Sequence record: DRR378314_1610
DNA: 53,425 nt
Direction: 5' to 3' (one strand)
This document shows positions 18,316 to 28,923 of the stretch, piece after piece. The notes below the pieces were generated by a model, which made no database searches, was not told where the DNA came from, and saw only the letters and a program-made list of their open reading frames with translations. Position 1 is the stretch's first letter. Each line of letters starts with the position of its first letter. The translations under genes were made by a program, and so were the position numbers.

Positions 18316-18801
18316 CTAGCGCTCTATGGTGATCCTGGGGAGCTGTGGTTTGTTCAGCGACAGTTTCTGGGTTGGCGCGATCACTTTTGCTTCGCCCGTT
18401 ACAACCCGCTCATCATTCTGGTTGCGGACCTCGCAGGACAGGGTCACGCGGTTTTTGCGCTCCTTGGCCAGTACGGTCAATGTCACCGTCAGTGTGTCGT
18501 CCAGTTTTACCGGGCGCTTGAACGCCAGGCTTTGCTCCAGGTAGATGGTGCCGGGTCCAGGCATTACCGTGGCCAGGGCGGCAGAAATCAGCGAGCCGCT
18601 CCACATGCCATGGGCAATTCTTTCCTGAAACATGGACTCGGCCGCGAAGTCAGAGTCCAGGTGAACCGGGTTTACGTCGCCGGAAACAGCGGCGAACAAC
18701 ACCAGTTCATCTTCGGTCAGCGTCTTCACGTAGGTTGCAGAGTCGCCTTCCTGGAGTTCGTCGTAGGTGATGTTCTCAAGCGTGTCCAGGGTATCGCTCA
18801 T
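18316..18801 (-). CDS. MaoC/PhaJ-like (R)-specific enoyl-CoA hydratase
   Basis: FAAVSGDVNPVHLD and IAHGM hotdog hydratase motifs. Confidence 0.9.
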   Translation of the reverse strand: MSDTLDTLENITYDELQEGDSATYVKTLTEDELVLFAAVSGDVNPVHLDSDFAAESMFQERIAHGMWSGSLISAALATVMPGPGTIYLEQSLAFKRPVKLDDTLTVTLTVLAKERKNRVTLSCEVRNQNDERVVTGEAKVIAPTQKLSLNKPQLPRITIER

Positions 18802-18997
18802 CGTTGGCTCCAGTGCTGGGGTGGCTGTGGGAATACTGGCTGCAAGAGCAGTGGTTCTGGTTGGAAAACTACCTCATCGTTCACAAAACTGCTATTCTCT
18901 CCCGACTTTTCGAGGCTGATACTTTTGTCTGGTTGATTTTTTGATCAAACCGGCATCGGTAAACATTATAAGCACAAATGCCAAACAGGAGATGGTG

Positions 18998-20674
18998 ATG
19001 GATTTTGAGCAGTTCTATCAGGACAAATACCCAACTGGTGTGCCCCGCAACGTAGACCTGGAAAAATACACGAGTATGGTCGACGTGTTTGATCAGGCCG
19101 TAAAGAAGTACGCTGATCGTCCTGCCTTCAGTGCCGTTGGTGCCACGCTCACCTATCGCGACCTGGACACCCAGAGCCGGAATTTTGCCGCTTGGCTGCA
19201 GAACAAGACCGACCTCAAACCGGGCGACCGGATTGCGGTGCAGATGCCCAACGTGTCCCAGTATCCTGTTGTCGTTTTTGGCGCCATGCGTGCGGGTTTG
19301 ATCGTGGTGAATACCAACCCGCTTTACACGACTCGCGAAATGGAACACCAGTTCAATGACTCCGGTGCCAAGGCGCTTGTAGTTCTGGCGAACATGGCGC
19401 ATAACGCCGAGAAAGTGCTCCCTCATACGGGTATCGAGCATGTCATCGTGACTGAAATCGCCGACATGCACTCACCACTTAAGCGTACCCTGATGAACGC
19501 GGCAGTGAAGCACCTGAAGAAAATGGTTCCGGCCTTCAGCCTGCCCCAGGCCCACAAACTGCCAGCGGTACTCAGCGCCGGCGCCCGGGAAAAGTTCACC
19601 CCGGTTGAGTGTAAGAAAGATGACATCGCGGTGTTGCAGTACACCGGCGGCACCACCGGTGTTGCCAAGGGTGCGATGCTGACGCACGGTAATCTGGTGG
19701 CAAACCTGCTTCAGGTTCGTCCAATGATGGAAGACACCGTGGAAGAGGGCAAGGAGGTTGTTGTCGCGCCGCTGCCGCTGTACCACATCTACTCGTTCAC
19801 CCTGAACTGCGGCATCATGCTGGAAGCCGGTGCTCACAACGTTCTTATCCCGAATCCGCGTGATATCCCCGGCTTCGTGAAGGAGCTCAAGAACCACCGC
19901 TTCACGGCGTTCCTGGGACTGAACACTCTGTTCGTGGCGTTGTGCAATAACGAAGAGTTCAAAGCTCTTGATTTCAGTGGCCTGAAGCTTACGTCTTCCG
20001 GCGGCATGGCACTGACCAGCGATACCGCAAAGATGTGGCAGCGGGTGACAGGGTGTGAGATCAGCGAAGGTTATGGCATGACTGAAACCTCGCCGGTTGT
20101 TACCTTCAACCCCAACAGTGCGATCCAGCTTGGCACCATTGGCCTGCCGATTCCCGGTACCGAAGTCAAAACCATCGATGATGACGGCAATGAAACGCCG
20201 CTCGGCGAACCCGGCGAATTGTGTGTGAAGGGGCCACAGGTGATGCGTGGCTATTGGCAGCGCCCGGAAGATACCCAGAAGTCCTTCACTGAAGACGGTT
20301 TCCTGCAAACCGGCGATGTTGCCCTTATTCAGGAAGATGGCTACATTCGCATCGTCGATCGCAAGAAGGACATGATTATCGTATCTGGCTTCAACGTGTT
20401 CCCCAACGAGATTGAAGACGTGGTCAGCGGTCATCCGAAAGTGGTCGAGTGCGCCGCCGTTGGTGTTCCCGATGACAAGAGCGGGGAAGCGGTGAAAGTT
20501 TATCTGGTGGCAACCGCGGAAGGTGTTACCGAAAACGAACTGAAAGAGTTCTGCCGCGAACGCCTGACCGCCTATAAAGTGCCCAAGTCCTTCGTGTTCC
20601 GTGACGAGCTGCCGAAAACCAATGTGGGCAAGATCTTGCGGCGCGAGCTGCGAGATGAGGCCAACAGCAAGTAA
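18998..20674 (+). CDS. fadD: Long-chain fatty acid-CoA ligase
   Basis: LQYTGGTTGVAKGAM, EGYGMTETSP, TGD, DRKKDMIIVSGFNVFPNEIE, KTNVGKILRR; AGGAG SD 6 nt before ATG 18998. Confidence 0.95.
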   Translation: MDFEQFYQDKYPTGVPRNVDLEKYTSMVDVFDQAVKKYADRPAFSAVGATLTYRDLDTQSRNFAAWLQNKTDLKPGDRIAVQMPNVSQYPVVVFGAMRAGLIVVNTNPLYTTREMEHQFNDSGAKALVVLANMAHNAEKVLPHTGIEHVIVTEIADMHSPLKRTLMNAAVKHLKKMVPAFSLPQAHKLPAVLSAGAREKFTPVECKKDDIAVLQYTGGTTGVAKGAMLTHGNLVANLLQVRPMMEDTVEEGKEVVVAPLPLYHIYSFTLNCGIMLEAGAHNVLIPNPRDIPGFVKELKNHRFTAFLGLNTLFVALCNNEEFKALDFSGLKLTSSGGMALTSDTAKMWQRVTGCEISEGYGMTETSPVVTFNPNSAIQLGTIGLPIPGTEVKTIDDDGNETPLGEPGELCVKGPQVMRGYWQRPEDTQKSFTEDGFLQTGDVALIQEDGYIRIVDRKKDMIIVSGFNVFPNEIEDVVSGHPKVVECAAVGVPDDKSGEAVKVYLVATAEGVTENELKEFCRERLTAYKVPKSFVFRDELPKTNVGKILRRELRDEANSK

Positions 20675-20719
20675 TCGACGGATCCCCGGGCAGCGTGACT
20701 GCCCCTATCGGATGTCTTG

Positions 20720-20742
20720 AACCCCGCCTTGGCGGGGTTTTT
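20720..20742 (+). terminator. Intrinsic terminator of fadD
   Basis: AACCCCGC-CTTG-GCGGGGTT-TTT. Confidence 0.8.
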
Positions 20743-20831
20743 CCGTTTAACGAGGCGCGGGATATCGTTAGACTGTCGCCACGCCCGAAACAAGCCGGGT
20801 ATTCAAGATCCAACAACGGTAAAACGGACCG

Positions 20832-23800
20832 ATGACGCAAGCCCCACCGGAACAGCCCACGAATACGCCAGACAGCAAGGCCGCCGTGAAAGCCATCACG
20901 GAGCAGTTGGATGCCTGCAACCAGTTGGAAGCCGCCCGTATTCACAAGCTACTGGCTCGAACCAAGGGGCGCCCGGGGCAGAAGGATCTTGAAAAGATGG
21001 CGCAATGGCTCGATCGCGGGCAAGTGCGTGTTACGGAGCGCCAGGCGATGCACAAGCCGGCTACGTTTCCGTCGTCGCTGCCCGTATCTGATCGGGTTGA
21101 CGATATTCGTGACGCCATAGAGCAGAACCAGGTTGTGATTATTGCCGGGGAAACCGGTTCGGGCAAGACGACCCAGATTCCCAAAATCTGCATGAACAGT
21201 GGCCGCGGTATACGTGGGCTGATCGGCCACACCCAGCCCCGAAGGATTGCCGCTCGCACCGTGGCTGGCCGTATTGCGGAGGAGCTTGGAGAACAGACGG
21301 GCGGCCAGGTGGGGTATCAGGTGCGCTTTACAGACACCACGTCCGATCAGTCCCGGGTCAAAGTGATGACCGACGGCATCCTGTTGTCGGAAGTCCAGCA
21401 CGACCGTTTTCTGGACCGCTACGATACCCTGATTATTGATGAAGCCCACGAACGCAGCCTCAATATCGACTTTCTGATGGGCTATCTGCGGCAACTATTG
21501 CCGAAACGGCCTGACCTGAAGGTCATCATTACCTCCGCCACCATCGAAGTGGAGCGTTTCAGCGAGTTCTTTAACGGGGCACCGGTCATCGAAGTCAGTG
21601 GTCGAACATTCCCTGTGGATGTCCGTTATCGCCCGCTGACCGGCGACGAAGATGATCGGGATCAGGGGTGGACCGAAGGCGTACTGCGTGCGATGGAGGA
21701 AATCGAGCAGCACGAGCGTACGGAGAAGCAGCCTCCGGGTGACGTACTTGTGTTCCTGCCCGGAGAGCGCGAAATTCGCAGTCTCAGCAAAGTGCTGCGG
21801 CATGCCGACTTGCGGCACACCGAAGTACTTCCCTTGTATTCTCGTCTCAGTAACCAGGAGCAAAACCGGATTTTCCAGGGCCACCGCGGTCGCCGGATGG
21901 TGCTCTCGACCAACGTGGCGGAAACCTCCCTGACAGTGCCCGGCATACGCTATGTCATCGACACTGGCGTAGCCCGTATCAGCCGCTACAGCGTACGTTC
22001 GAAAATTCAGCGTCTGCCCATCGAGCCGGTGTCCCAGGCCAGTGCCAATCAGCGTGCAGGGCGCTGTGGTCGAGTGGCTCCGGGGATTTGTTTCCGGCTC
22101 TACGACGAAACCGATTTCATTAACCGGCCCGAGTACACCGACCCGGAAATCCTGCGCACCAATCTGGCATCCGTTATTCTGCAGATGACGACCTCGGGGC
22201 TGGGGGATATCCGCCATTTTCCATTCCTCGAGCCGCCCGACCGTCGCCTGATCAATGATGGCTACAAATTGCTCGAAGAGCTTGGCGCCGTTGATGACAA
22301 ACGCCGTGTGACAAACCTCGGCCGCACCATGGCTCGCCTGCCACTGGACCCAAGGTTGGCGCGCATGCTGGTGACTTCCTCGGAACAGGGCAGTCTCGCG
22401 GAAACCCTGGTCATCATAGCCGGCCTGAGCGTTCAGGACCCGAGAGAGCGACCTCAGGACAAGCAGCAGGCCGCCGACCAGGCCCATGCGCCGTTCAATG
22501 ACAAGGAATCGGATTTCCTGACTTTGCTGAACATCTGGAACTTCTACGAGGAGCAACGCCAGGAGCTCTCCCAGAATCAGTTGAAGAAGGTTTGCCAGAA
22601 AAGTTTCCTGTCTTGGATGCGTATGCGGGAGTGGCGTGACATCCACCGGCAACTGACGCTGATTTGCCGTGAGCAGAAGCTGAAACTGAACCCGGAAGCC
22701 GCCAGTTACGAGTCTCTGCATAAGGCCATTCTGGCAGGCCTGCTGGGGCAGGTGGCCGTAAAACTCGAGAAGAAAGAGTATCTGGCGACCCGCAATCGCA
22801 AGGTCATGATCTTTCCGGGCTCGAAAGTGTCGAAAACCGGGCCGAAATGGATTGTGGCCGCGGAAATCGTTGAAACCAGCCGGGTCTTCGCCCGAGTGGT
22901 CGCAAAGATTGAGCCGGAATGGATTGAGCCCCTGGCCGGCCACGTCGTGAAACATCACTTTTTCGAACCCCATTGGGAGCAGAAGCGCGCCCAGGTGATG
23001 GGCTATGAGAAGGTCAGCCTCTATGGCCTGGACATCATTGCCAAGCGCCGTATTCCTTACAGCAAGGTGGACCCAGCGGAGTGTCGCAACCTGTTCATCC
23101 GTCGGGCGCTGGTGGAAGGCGATTATCTGTCGAAGGCGCCCTTTATTGCCCGAAATCGCGAACTGCTGGACACCGTCGAAAACCTGGAGCGCAAGACCCG
23201 GCGGCGGGACCTGTTGGTGGAGGACGAAGTATTGGTGGCCTTCTACGACCAGCGCCTACCGGCGGACATTGTCAGCGGTCGTCACTTTGAAAGCTGGTGG
23301 AAACAGCTGAGCGCGGATCAGCTCCGCGACATGGAATTGACGGAGGCCGATATCCTCCAACGCCCGGTGGATGAGCAGGCGGGCTCACTCTATCCGGACT
23401 ACCTGGAGTGGGAAGGGGTAAGGTACCCTCTCAGTTATGAGTTCGAGCCTACCAGCGAGCGGGATGGCGTTACCCTTCAGGCACCGGTGATGGCGCTGAA
23501 GCAACTGCCGGCACGACGGCTTGAATGGCTCGTCCCCGGGCTTTTGCGGGAAAAGTGCATTGCTCTGGTCAAAGGCCTTCCCAAGGCACTGAGGCGAAAC
23601 TTCGTTCCGGTGCCGGATTTCGTGGAAGCCGCGCTGGAGAACCTCCAGGCGTCCAACGAACCGCTGGCGCTGCAACTCGGAGAGCAGTTGCGGCGAATGA
23701 CAGGCGTCAGAATTGACGCCGACGCCTGGCCTCAGGAGGATTTGCCAAAGCATCTGCGAATGAATCTCCGCGTTGTTGACGATGCAGGCAAGCCCATCGC

Positions 23801-24758
23801 AGAGGGGCGGGAAACCGAGAAGCTGCAGAGCGAACTGGAGGGACGGGCAGAAGCGGCGTTGTCGTCGGCGACCCGGAGAGAGCCCTCGGCTGAGGCGGCG
23901 AGTACGTCAACACGCTGGGACTTCGGATCTCTGCCCGAGTCCGTCAGGACCGAAAAAGGCGGTATGGAAGTGACCGTATACCCGGCGTTGGAGGATAACG
24001 GAGATTCGGTACGCCAGACACGGTTCCTTGATCGGCTGACGGCGGAGGATGCAACCCGGAAGGCGGTGGCACGGCTGATCCTGATTCGGTTGGGCAACAC
24101 ATTGGAGGATATGGAGCGGCGGCTGCCGCACTTCAAGTCATCGGCATTGATGTTTGCGCCTGTCGGCAAGGCCCGGGTGCTTCTGGATGACTTGCTGCTG
24201 GCCACGGCGATGCAGCACTTTGTGCCTGATGCAGTACCCAGGGATGAAAGCGCCTTCGAGAAGGCCTTTGACGCCGGGAGGGCCGAGTTTGTGCCGGCTC
24301 TTGAGCAGGCCGACGAGCGCCTGCACCAGGCCATGGCGGGATACCACGGTGTGATGAAACAGCTCAAGGGTAAAATCAACCTTGCGCTCGCAAACAGTAT
24401 GGCGGACCTGAAGTTCCAGCTTCAGAACCTGGTATACCCGGGCTTTATTGTCGCCACACCACCGGAATGGCTTGCCCATTTCGGGCGTTATTTCGAGGCG
24501 GCCAGCATCCGTTTCGAGAAAATGCCCAGGGAACTTGGCCGTGAGCGAGAGTTCCTGCATGCCATGGAGCCGCTTTGGTCTCGTTACGCCAGCAAACGTG
24601 ATGAGCAGCAACGCCAGGGGATAAGGGATCCGGAACTGGCATTGTATCGCTGGATGCTTGAGGAGTTCCGGGTCTCGTTCTTCGCACAACAGCTGGGCAC
24701 GGCTGTGCCGGTGTCGGTCAAGCGTCTTGACAGGCAGTGGGAGCAGACGCGCGTGTAA
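20832..24758 (+). CDS. hrpA: ATP-dependent RNA helicase HrpA
   Basis: GETGSGKTTQ, DEAH, SAT, QRAGRCGR, C-terminal RWMLEEFRVSFFAQQLGT; 1308 aa. Confidence 0.96.
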   Translation: MTQAPPEQPTNTPDSKAAVKAITEQLDACNQLEAARIHKLLARTKGRPGQKDLEKMAQWLDRGQVRVTERQAMHKPATFPSSLPVSDRVDDIRDAIEQNQVVIIAGETGSGKTTQIPKICMNSGRGIRGLIGHTQPRRIAARTVAGRIAEELGEQTGGQVGYQVRFTDTTSDQSRVKVMTDGILLSEVQHDRFLDRYDTLIIDEAHERSLNIDFLMGYLRQLLPKRPDLKVIITSATIEVERFSEFFNGAPVIEVSGRTFPVDVRYRPLTGDEDDRDQGWTEGVLRAMEEIEQHERTEKQPPGDVLVFLPGEREIRSLSKVLRHADLRHTEVLPLYSRLSNQEQNRIFQGHRGRRMVLSTNVAETSLTVPGIRYVIDTGVARISRYSVRSKIQRLPIEPVSQASANQRAGRCGRVAPGICFRLYDETDFINRPEYTDPEILRTNLASVILQMTTSGLGDIRHFPFLEPPDRRLINDGYKLLEELGAVDDKRRVTNLGRTMARLPLDPRLARMLVTSSEQGSLAETLVIIAGLSVQDPRERPQDKQQAADQAHAPFNDKESDFLTLLNIWNFYEEQRQELSQNQLKKVCQKSFLSWMRMREWRDIHRQLTLICREQKLKLNPEAASYESLHKAILAGLLGQVAVKLEKKEYLATRNRKVMIFPGSKVSKTGPKWIVAAEIVETSRVFARVVAKIEPEWIEPLAGHVVKHHFFEPHWEQKRAQVMGYEKVSLYGLDIIAKRRIPYSKVDPAECRNLFIRRALVEGDYLSKAPFIARNRELLDTVENLERKTRRRDLLVEDEVLVAFYDQRLPADIVSGRHFESWWKQLSADQLRDMELTEADILQRPVDEQAGSLYPDYLEWEGVRYPLSYEFEPTSERDGVTLQAPVMALKQLPARRLEWLVPGLLREKCIALVKGLPKALRRNFVPVPDFVEAALENLQASNEPLALQLGEQLRRMTGVRIDADAWPQEDLPKHLRMNLRVVDDAGKPIAEGRETEKLQSELEGRAEAALSSATRREPSAEAASTSTRWDFGSLPESVRTEKGGMEVTVYPALEDNGDSVRQTRFLDRLTAEDATRKAVARLILIRLGNTLEDMERRLPHFKSSALMFAPVGKARVLLDDLLLATAMQHFVPDAVPRDESAFEKAFDAGRAEFVPALEQADERLHQAMAGYHGVMKQLKGKINLALANSMADLKFQLQNLVYPGFIVATPPEWLAHFGRYFEAASIRFEKMPRELGREREFLHAMEPLWSRYASKRDEQQRQGIRDPELALYRWMLEEFRVSFFAQQLGTAVPVSVKRLDRQWEQTRV

Positions 24759-24859
24759 GCCCGTCGCGGTTGCGGGCAAAACGTTGAGACTGTGTTAGTA
24801 TTTGGGCAATATTGGTGCAGTTAGATCGTTCGTTTTTACAACTATGACGTGGGGTTAGC

Positions 24860-25981
24860 GTGATTAGAGCCGTTATCAGCGGGACCGGGTTGTACACACC
24901 GCCAGCAACCATTACCAACGAAGAGCTGGTGGAGGCATTCAATGCCTTCGTCGAACTCCACAATGCACGTCACGCTGACGATATCGCCAGTGGCGACATG
25001 GAGCCACTGCAGCCGTCATCGTCCGCGTTCATTGAAAAGGCGTCCGGTATCAAGCGTCGCCATGTGATTGACAAACAGGGCATTCTGGACCCTGAACGCA
25101 TGTGCCCGACCATACCGGATCGAGACAACGAAGAAGCCTCGGTTCAGTGCGAGATGGCGCTGTCTGCTTGCAATGAGGCTCTCAAGCAGGCCGGCAAGTC
25201 GGCCGCTGATGTCGATGCGGTCATTGTCGCATGCTCCAACATGCAGCGTCCGTACCCGGCTATTTCCGTTGAGGTTCAGGACGCGCTGGGTATTGACGGT
25301 TTCGCCTATGACATGAACGTGGCATGCAGTTCCGCGACCTTTGGGCTGCAGGCGGCTGCAAATGCCGTCGAGAATGGCACCGCCAGGGCCGTATTGGTGG
25401 TCAGCCCGGAAATCTGCTCAGGCCACCTGAATTTCCGCGACCGGGATAGCCATTTCATTTTTGGTGACGCCTGTACGGCTATCCTGGTGGAGCGGGATGC
25501 GGATGTCGCAGACGGGCATGGCTTTGACGTTCTCGGAACCAGCCTGAAAACCAAGTACTCCAATAACATACGCAACAATTTCGGCTTCCTGAACCGGGGC
25601 GATAAAGACGGCATCAACAAGCCGGACAAGCTCTTCGTGCAGCAGGGGCGGAAGGTGTTCAAGGAAGTGTCGCCGTTGGTGGCTGAAACCATTCTCAAGC
25701 AGCTGTCCAGCCTGTCGTTGTCACCCGATGACCTCAAACGGATGTGGCTGCACCAGGCCAACCTGAATATGAACCAGCTGATTGCCCGTAAGGTTCTGGG
25801 CCGCGATGCGGATACCAAAGAGGCGCCGGTGATTCTGGATGAGTATGCCAACACCAGCTCCGCTGGTTCCATCATTGCCTTTCACAAGCACAAGGACGAC
25901 TTCGGCGCTGGCGAACTGGGCGTGATCTGTTCGTTTGGTGCAGGCTATTCCATCGGCAGCGTCGTGGTTCGCCGCCGATAG
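24860..25981 (+). CDS. Beta-ketoacyl-ACP synthase III (long, FabH2/PA3286-like type)
   Basis: Catalytic triad in ACSS, WLHQAN and YANTSSAG; RDRDSHFIFGD. Confidence 0.9.
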   Translation: MIRAVISGTGLYTPPATITNEELVEAFNAFVELHNARHADDIASGDMEPLQPSSSAFIEKASGIKRRHVIDKQGILDPERMCPTIPDRDNEEASVQCEMALSACNEALKQAGKSAADVDAVIVACSNMQRPYPAISVEVQDALGIDGFAYDMNVACSSATFGLQAAANAVENGTARAVLVVSPEICSGHLNFRDRDSHFIFGDACTAILVERDADVADGHGFDVLGTSLKTKYSNNIRNNFGFLNRGDKDGINKPDKLFVQQGRKVFKEVSPLVAETILKQLSSLSLSPDDLKRMWLHQANLNMNQLIARKVLGRDADTKEAPVILDEYANTSSAGSIIAFHKHKDDFGAGELGVICSFGAGYSIGSVVVRRR

Positions 25982-26007
25982 AATTTTTGGGTTGACGATG
26001 GGTGGCC

Positions 26008-26415
26008 TTAGCTGGCCGCCAGTGCCCTGAGCTTGTCAGGCAAACTCATCGAGCTGCGTTTGGCCCGGTCAAACCAGACAATCTTCGCGTAGCCTTCCGC
26101 GTAGAGTACGCCGGTCTCGGTATCGGTCAGTGTGTGATAGGTGTCGAGACTGGTATTGCCCGCCTTGTCGGCGTATGTTCTGACCTCAACGGTTGCTGGG
26201 TGGGCCAGCTCCTTCAGAAAAGTCGCGCTGGTCTTTATAATGACGGGGCCGTCGGGGTCGTTTTCCGCACCGAGTTTCAGGGACGCCAGCCAAGTGATGC
26301 GGGCTTCCTCGAAAAAGCGGAAATAGACCGTGTTGTTGGCGTGACCGTATGCGTCCATATCTCCCCACCTCAGTGGCATGGAGAGTGTGCTAACCAGATT
26401 CCCGGGTACTGACAT
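26008..26415 (-). CDS. Acyl-CoA thioesterase (4HBT/YbgC hotdog family)
   Basis: RWGDMDAYGHANNTVYFRFFEEAR. Confidence 0.9.
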   Translation of the reverse strand: MSVPGNLVSTLSMPLRWGDMDAYGHANNTVYFRFFEEARITWLASLKLGAENDPDGPVIIKTSATFLKELAHPATVEVRTYADKAGNTSLDTYHTLTDTETGVLYAEGYAKIVWFDRAKRSSMSLPDKLRALAAS

Positions 26416-26510
26416 CGGGGCTACTCCTCAAGTAAGGGGTCAATAATAAGAAACCAGAGCGCCGGTATTTTCGACGAACAGAAACAGATTTAACAACCTC
26501 AGGTCTGACG

Positions 26511-27302
26511 ATGAGAGACATTTTATTCCGGCACCCGACAATCGGCGCCCTTATTTTTGTTTGCCTGTTTTCGGGCAATGTGGCCGCGCAGACGGTGCAG
26601 CCAGCCAATCCAGACATGGCAGAGCGGAAACTCGATGCGCCACCCAGCGAAATCGATCCCTACGAAGACTGGAACCGCAAAGTTTATCGTTTCAATGAAA
26701 CCATTGATAACTGGTTTCTGCGCCCCGTTGCGCAGGGCTATCGAGCGGTTGTACCCGGTTTCGCCGATCGTGCGGTGACGAATTTCTTCAACAACCTGAC
26801 GGAAATTCGGAACCTCGCCAATAGTCTCTTCCAGTTAAAGGGAGAATCTGCGGTTGTGGCTGCTGGCCGCTTCACCTACAACACCGTTTTTGGTCTGGGT
26901 GGATTGATTGATGTCGCCACTATGTTCGAGCTGCCGGAGAGACCCGAGGATTTTGGTCAGACGCTTGGCTACTGGGGAATGAATTCAGGTCCCTACCTGA
27001 TGCTTCCTCTCATGGGGCCCTCGAATCCCAGGGACTTTGGCGGTTTTCTGTCTGATAACTTTTTGTTGCCGTCTGCCTGGGACTATGCCGAAACCCCAGA
27101 GGTGTATTACGCCAGGGCGCTGCAAATCGTGGACAAGCGGGCGGACTTGATCCCCGCTGAGAGTTTTATGTCGGGTGATGGATACACGTTCGTGAGAAAC
27201 GCCTATCTCCAACGGCGAGCCTTCCTGATCAATGATGGCAGGACGGTAGAAGATCCATTCGCCAGTGGTGACGATGAGGATTTGATGCTGGAGGATTTCT
27301 GA
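26511..27302 (+). CDS. mlaA: MlaA/VacJ outer-membrane lipid asymmetry protein
   Basis: DPYEDWNR, NFFNNL, GLGGLIDVA, EDFGQTLGYWG, GPYLMLPLMGP, YTFVRNAYLQRR. Confidence 0.9.
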   Translation: MRDILFRHPTIGALIFVCLFSGNVAAQTVQPANPDMAERKLDAPPSEIDPYEDWNRKVYRFNETIDNWFLRPVAQGYRAVVPGFADRAVTNFFNNLTEIRNLANSLFQLKGESAVVAAGRFTYNTVFGLGGLIDVATMFELPERPEDFGQTLGYWGMNSGPYLMLPLMGPSNPRDFGGFLSDNFLLPSAWDYAETPEVYYARALQIVDKRADLIPAESFMSGDGYTFVRNAYLQRRAFLINDGRTVEDPFASGDDEDLMLEDF

Positions 27303-27338
27303 CGCATCGGATCGGCTGGAGCAACGGAGGTTTAGCTG

Positions 27339-28826
27339 ATGGTTGATGACCGTATCCGGAAATTTCGCAAGATGCTGGCGGAAGCACCCAATTATGAGGT
27401 GTGGAAGGCGGCGGCGCTTGAGCTGGACTTCCTTGAAGGCAATGTGGAGTGGAAGGAGGAATTTGGGTCGGGTCTTTACCATTACGAGCTCATCTACGAC
27501 CGACTCAGCAATCTTCGCTCCTACCGCCAGCAGAATGATTTCGAGCGTCTTAAACGGGCGCTGAGGGAAGGGCTGCACCACGACTTGGGGAACATGGGCA
27601 ATACCGCCCTGTACACCCGTTCACGGGTCGGCACCAAGCATCTGATCGAGGAATACATTACTCAGGTGTGCGAATCGTTGGACTTCCTGTGCGACACCAC
27701 GGTGCCGGGATTTCCAGTGGCTGAAAAACTGCAGTTCTTCCGCGATACCCTGACCAGCTACGGCCGTCCAGCTTTGCTCCTCAGTGGCGGTGCCACGCTG
27801 GGCATGTTCCATTTCGGCGTTATTAAGGCCCTTTGGGAGAAAGGGCTGCTGCCACAGGTCATTGCGGGCTCCAGCATTGGCGCCATCATCGCCGGGATAC
27901 TGGGGGTCCACAGCGATGCTGAAATACCGGACATGCTGGTGCCTGAAAACCATGACATGAGAGCCTGGAAATGGCGCGGGCTGTTCAGTGCCGTCCGGGG
28001 TGACGGCCTGATGGACCAGGAACAGTTGAAAGCCTGCCTGCGCGCCAATATTGGCGAATACACCTTCGAGGAAGCGTTCCAGAAGACCGGACGGTCCATC
28101 AACGTGAGTGTCTCTCCGGTTCAGGCCCACCAGAAGGCGCGATTGTTGTGTGGCTATACGTCGCCCTATCTGTTGGTCTGGAGTGCGGTGCTGGCCAGCG
28201 CGGCAGTGCCGGGTATCTTCCCACCGGTGCCGCTGATGAAAAAAGACATTCACGGAAACGTGTTGCCCTACATGTCGCGTCTGAAATTCGTAGACGGTTC
28301 GGTGGTCAGTGACTTGCCCATTGAACGGCTGATGCACCTTTACGACGTGAACTTCACCATTGTCAGCCAGACCAACCCCCATGTGGTGCCTTTTTTGAAC
28401 CGTCGTGGGCGGGACGAAAAGATCAACATCGCCAACCTGCCGATGCACTTGCTGAAATCGGAAATCCAGTTCCATGGCCAGGGCCTGTTCGACTACCTGC
28501 GAAAGCGTGTGCAGCCCGAGATGCTGCGGCAGATGTCGGGGCAGATGTACACCATCATGGGGCAGCGTTACTCCGGGGACGTCACCATCTCGCCGAGGTA
28601 TCGTCTTCGCGACTATCGGCGCATGCTGTCGAACCCCGACCCGGCCTGGGTCCGGGAGATGATTCTGCAAGGCGAGCGTGCGACCTGGCCCAAGATCTCA
28701 ATGATTCGCTCTCATGCACGGATCTCCAAAACCCTGGAGCGATGCATTCGCCGGTTAAAATCCGAGCAGCGCCGCTCCACGGCCGAACTGAGACTGGTAA
28801 GCAGTGCGGATTCCGGCACTTCATGA
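27339..28826 (+). CDS. DUF3336 + patatin lipase (TAG-lipase-like)
   Basis: N-terminal YEVWKAAALELD region, LSGGATLG, GSSIG nucleophile, VDGS, IVSQTNPH. Confidence 0.85.
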   Translation: MVDDRIRKFRKMLAEAPNYEVWKAAALELDFLEGNVEWKEEFGSGLYHYELIYDRLSNLRSYRQQNDFERLKRALREGLHHDLGNMGNTALYTRSRVGTKHLIEEYITQVCESLDFLCDTTVPGFPVAEKLQFFRDTLTSYGRPALLLSGGATLGMFHFGVIKALWEKGLLPQVIAGSSIGAIIAGILGVHSDAEIPDMLVPENHDMRAWKWRGLFSAVRGDGLMDQEQLKACLRANIGEYTFEEAFQKTGRSINVSVSPVQAHQKARLLCGYTSPYLLVWSAVLASAAVPGIFPPVPLMKKDIHGNVLPYMSRLKFVDGSVVSDLPIERLMHLYDVNFTIVSQTNPHVVPFLNRRGRDEKINIANLPMHLLKSEIQFHGQGLFDYLRKRVQPEMLRQMSGQMYTIMGQRYSGDVTISPRYRLRDYRRMLSNPDPAWVREMILQGERATWPKISMIRSHARISKTLERCIRRLKSEQRRSTAELRLVSSADSGTS

Positions 28827-28923
28827 GATGACAGCCCCGGGAGCCGGGCGGTATGATACCGCGATAGCCGGGGAGCCCTTAGCGGCTCCCGCAAGCTCCG
28901 CCTGAGCACCTGACTGGACACGC

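Noticed and set aside
18933-18948. TTGAT...ATCAA upstream of fadD as an FNR/Anr box
   Set aside because: The spacer is 6 bp, not the 4 bp FNR requires.
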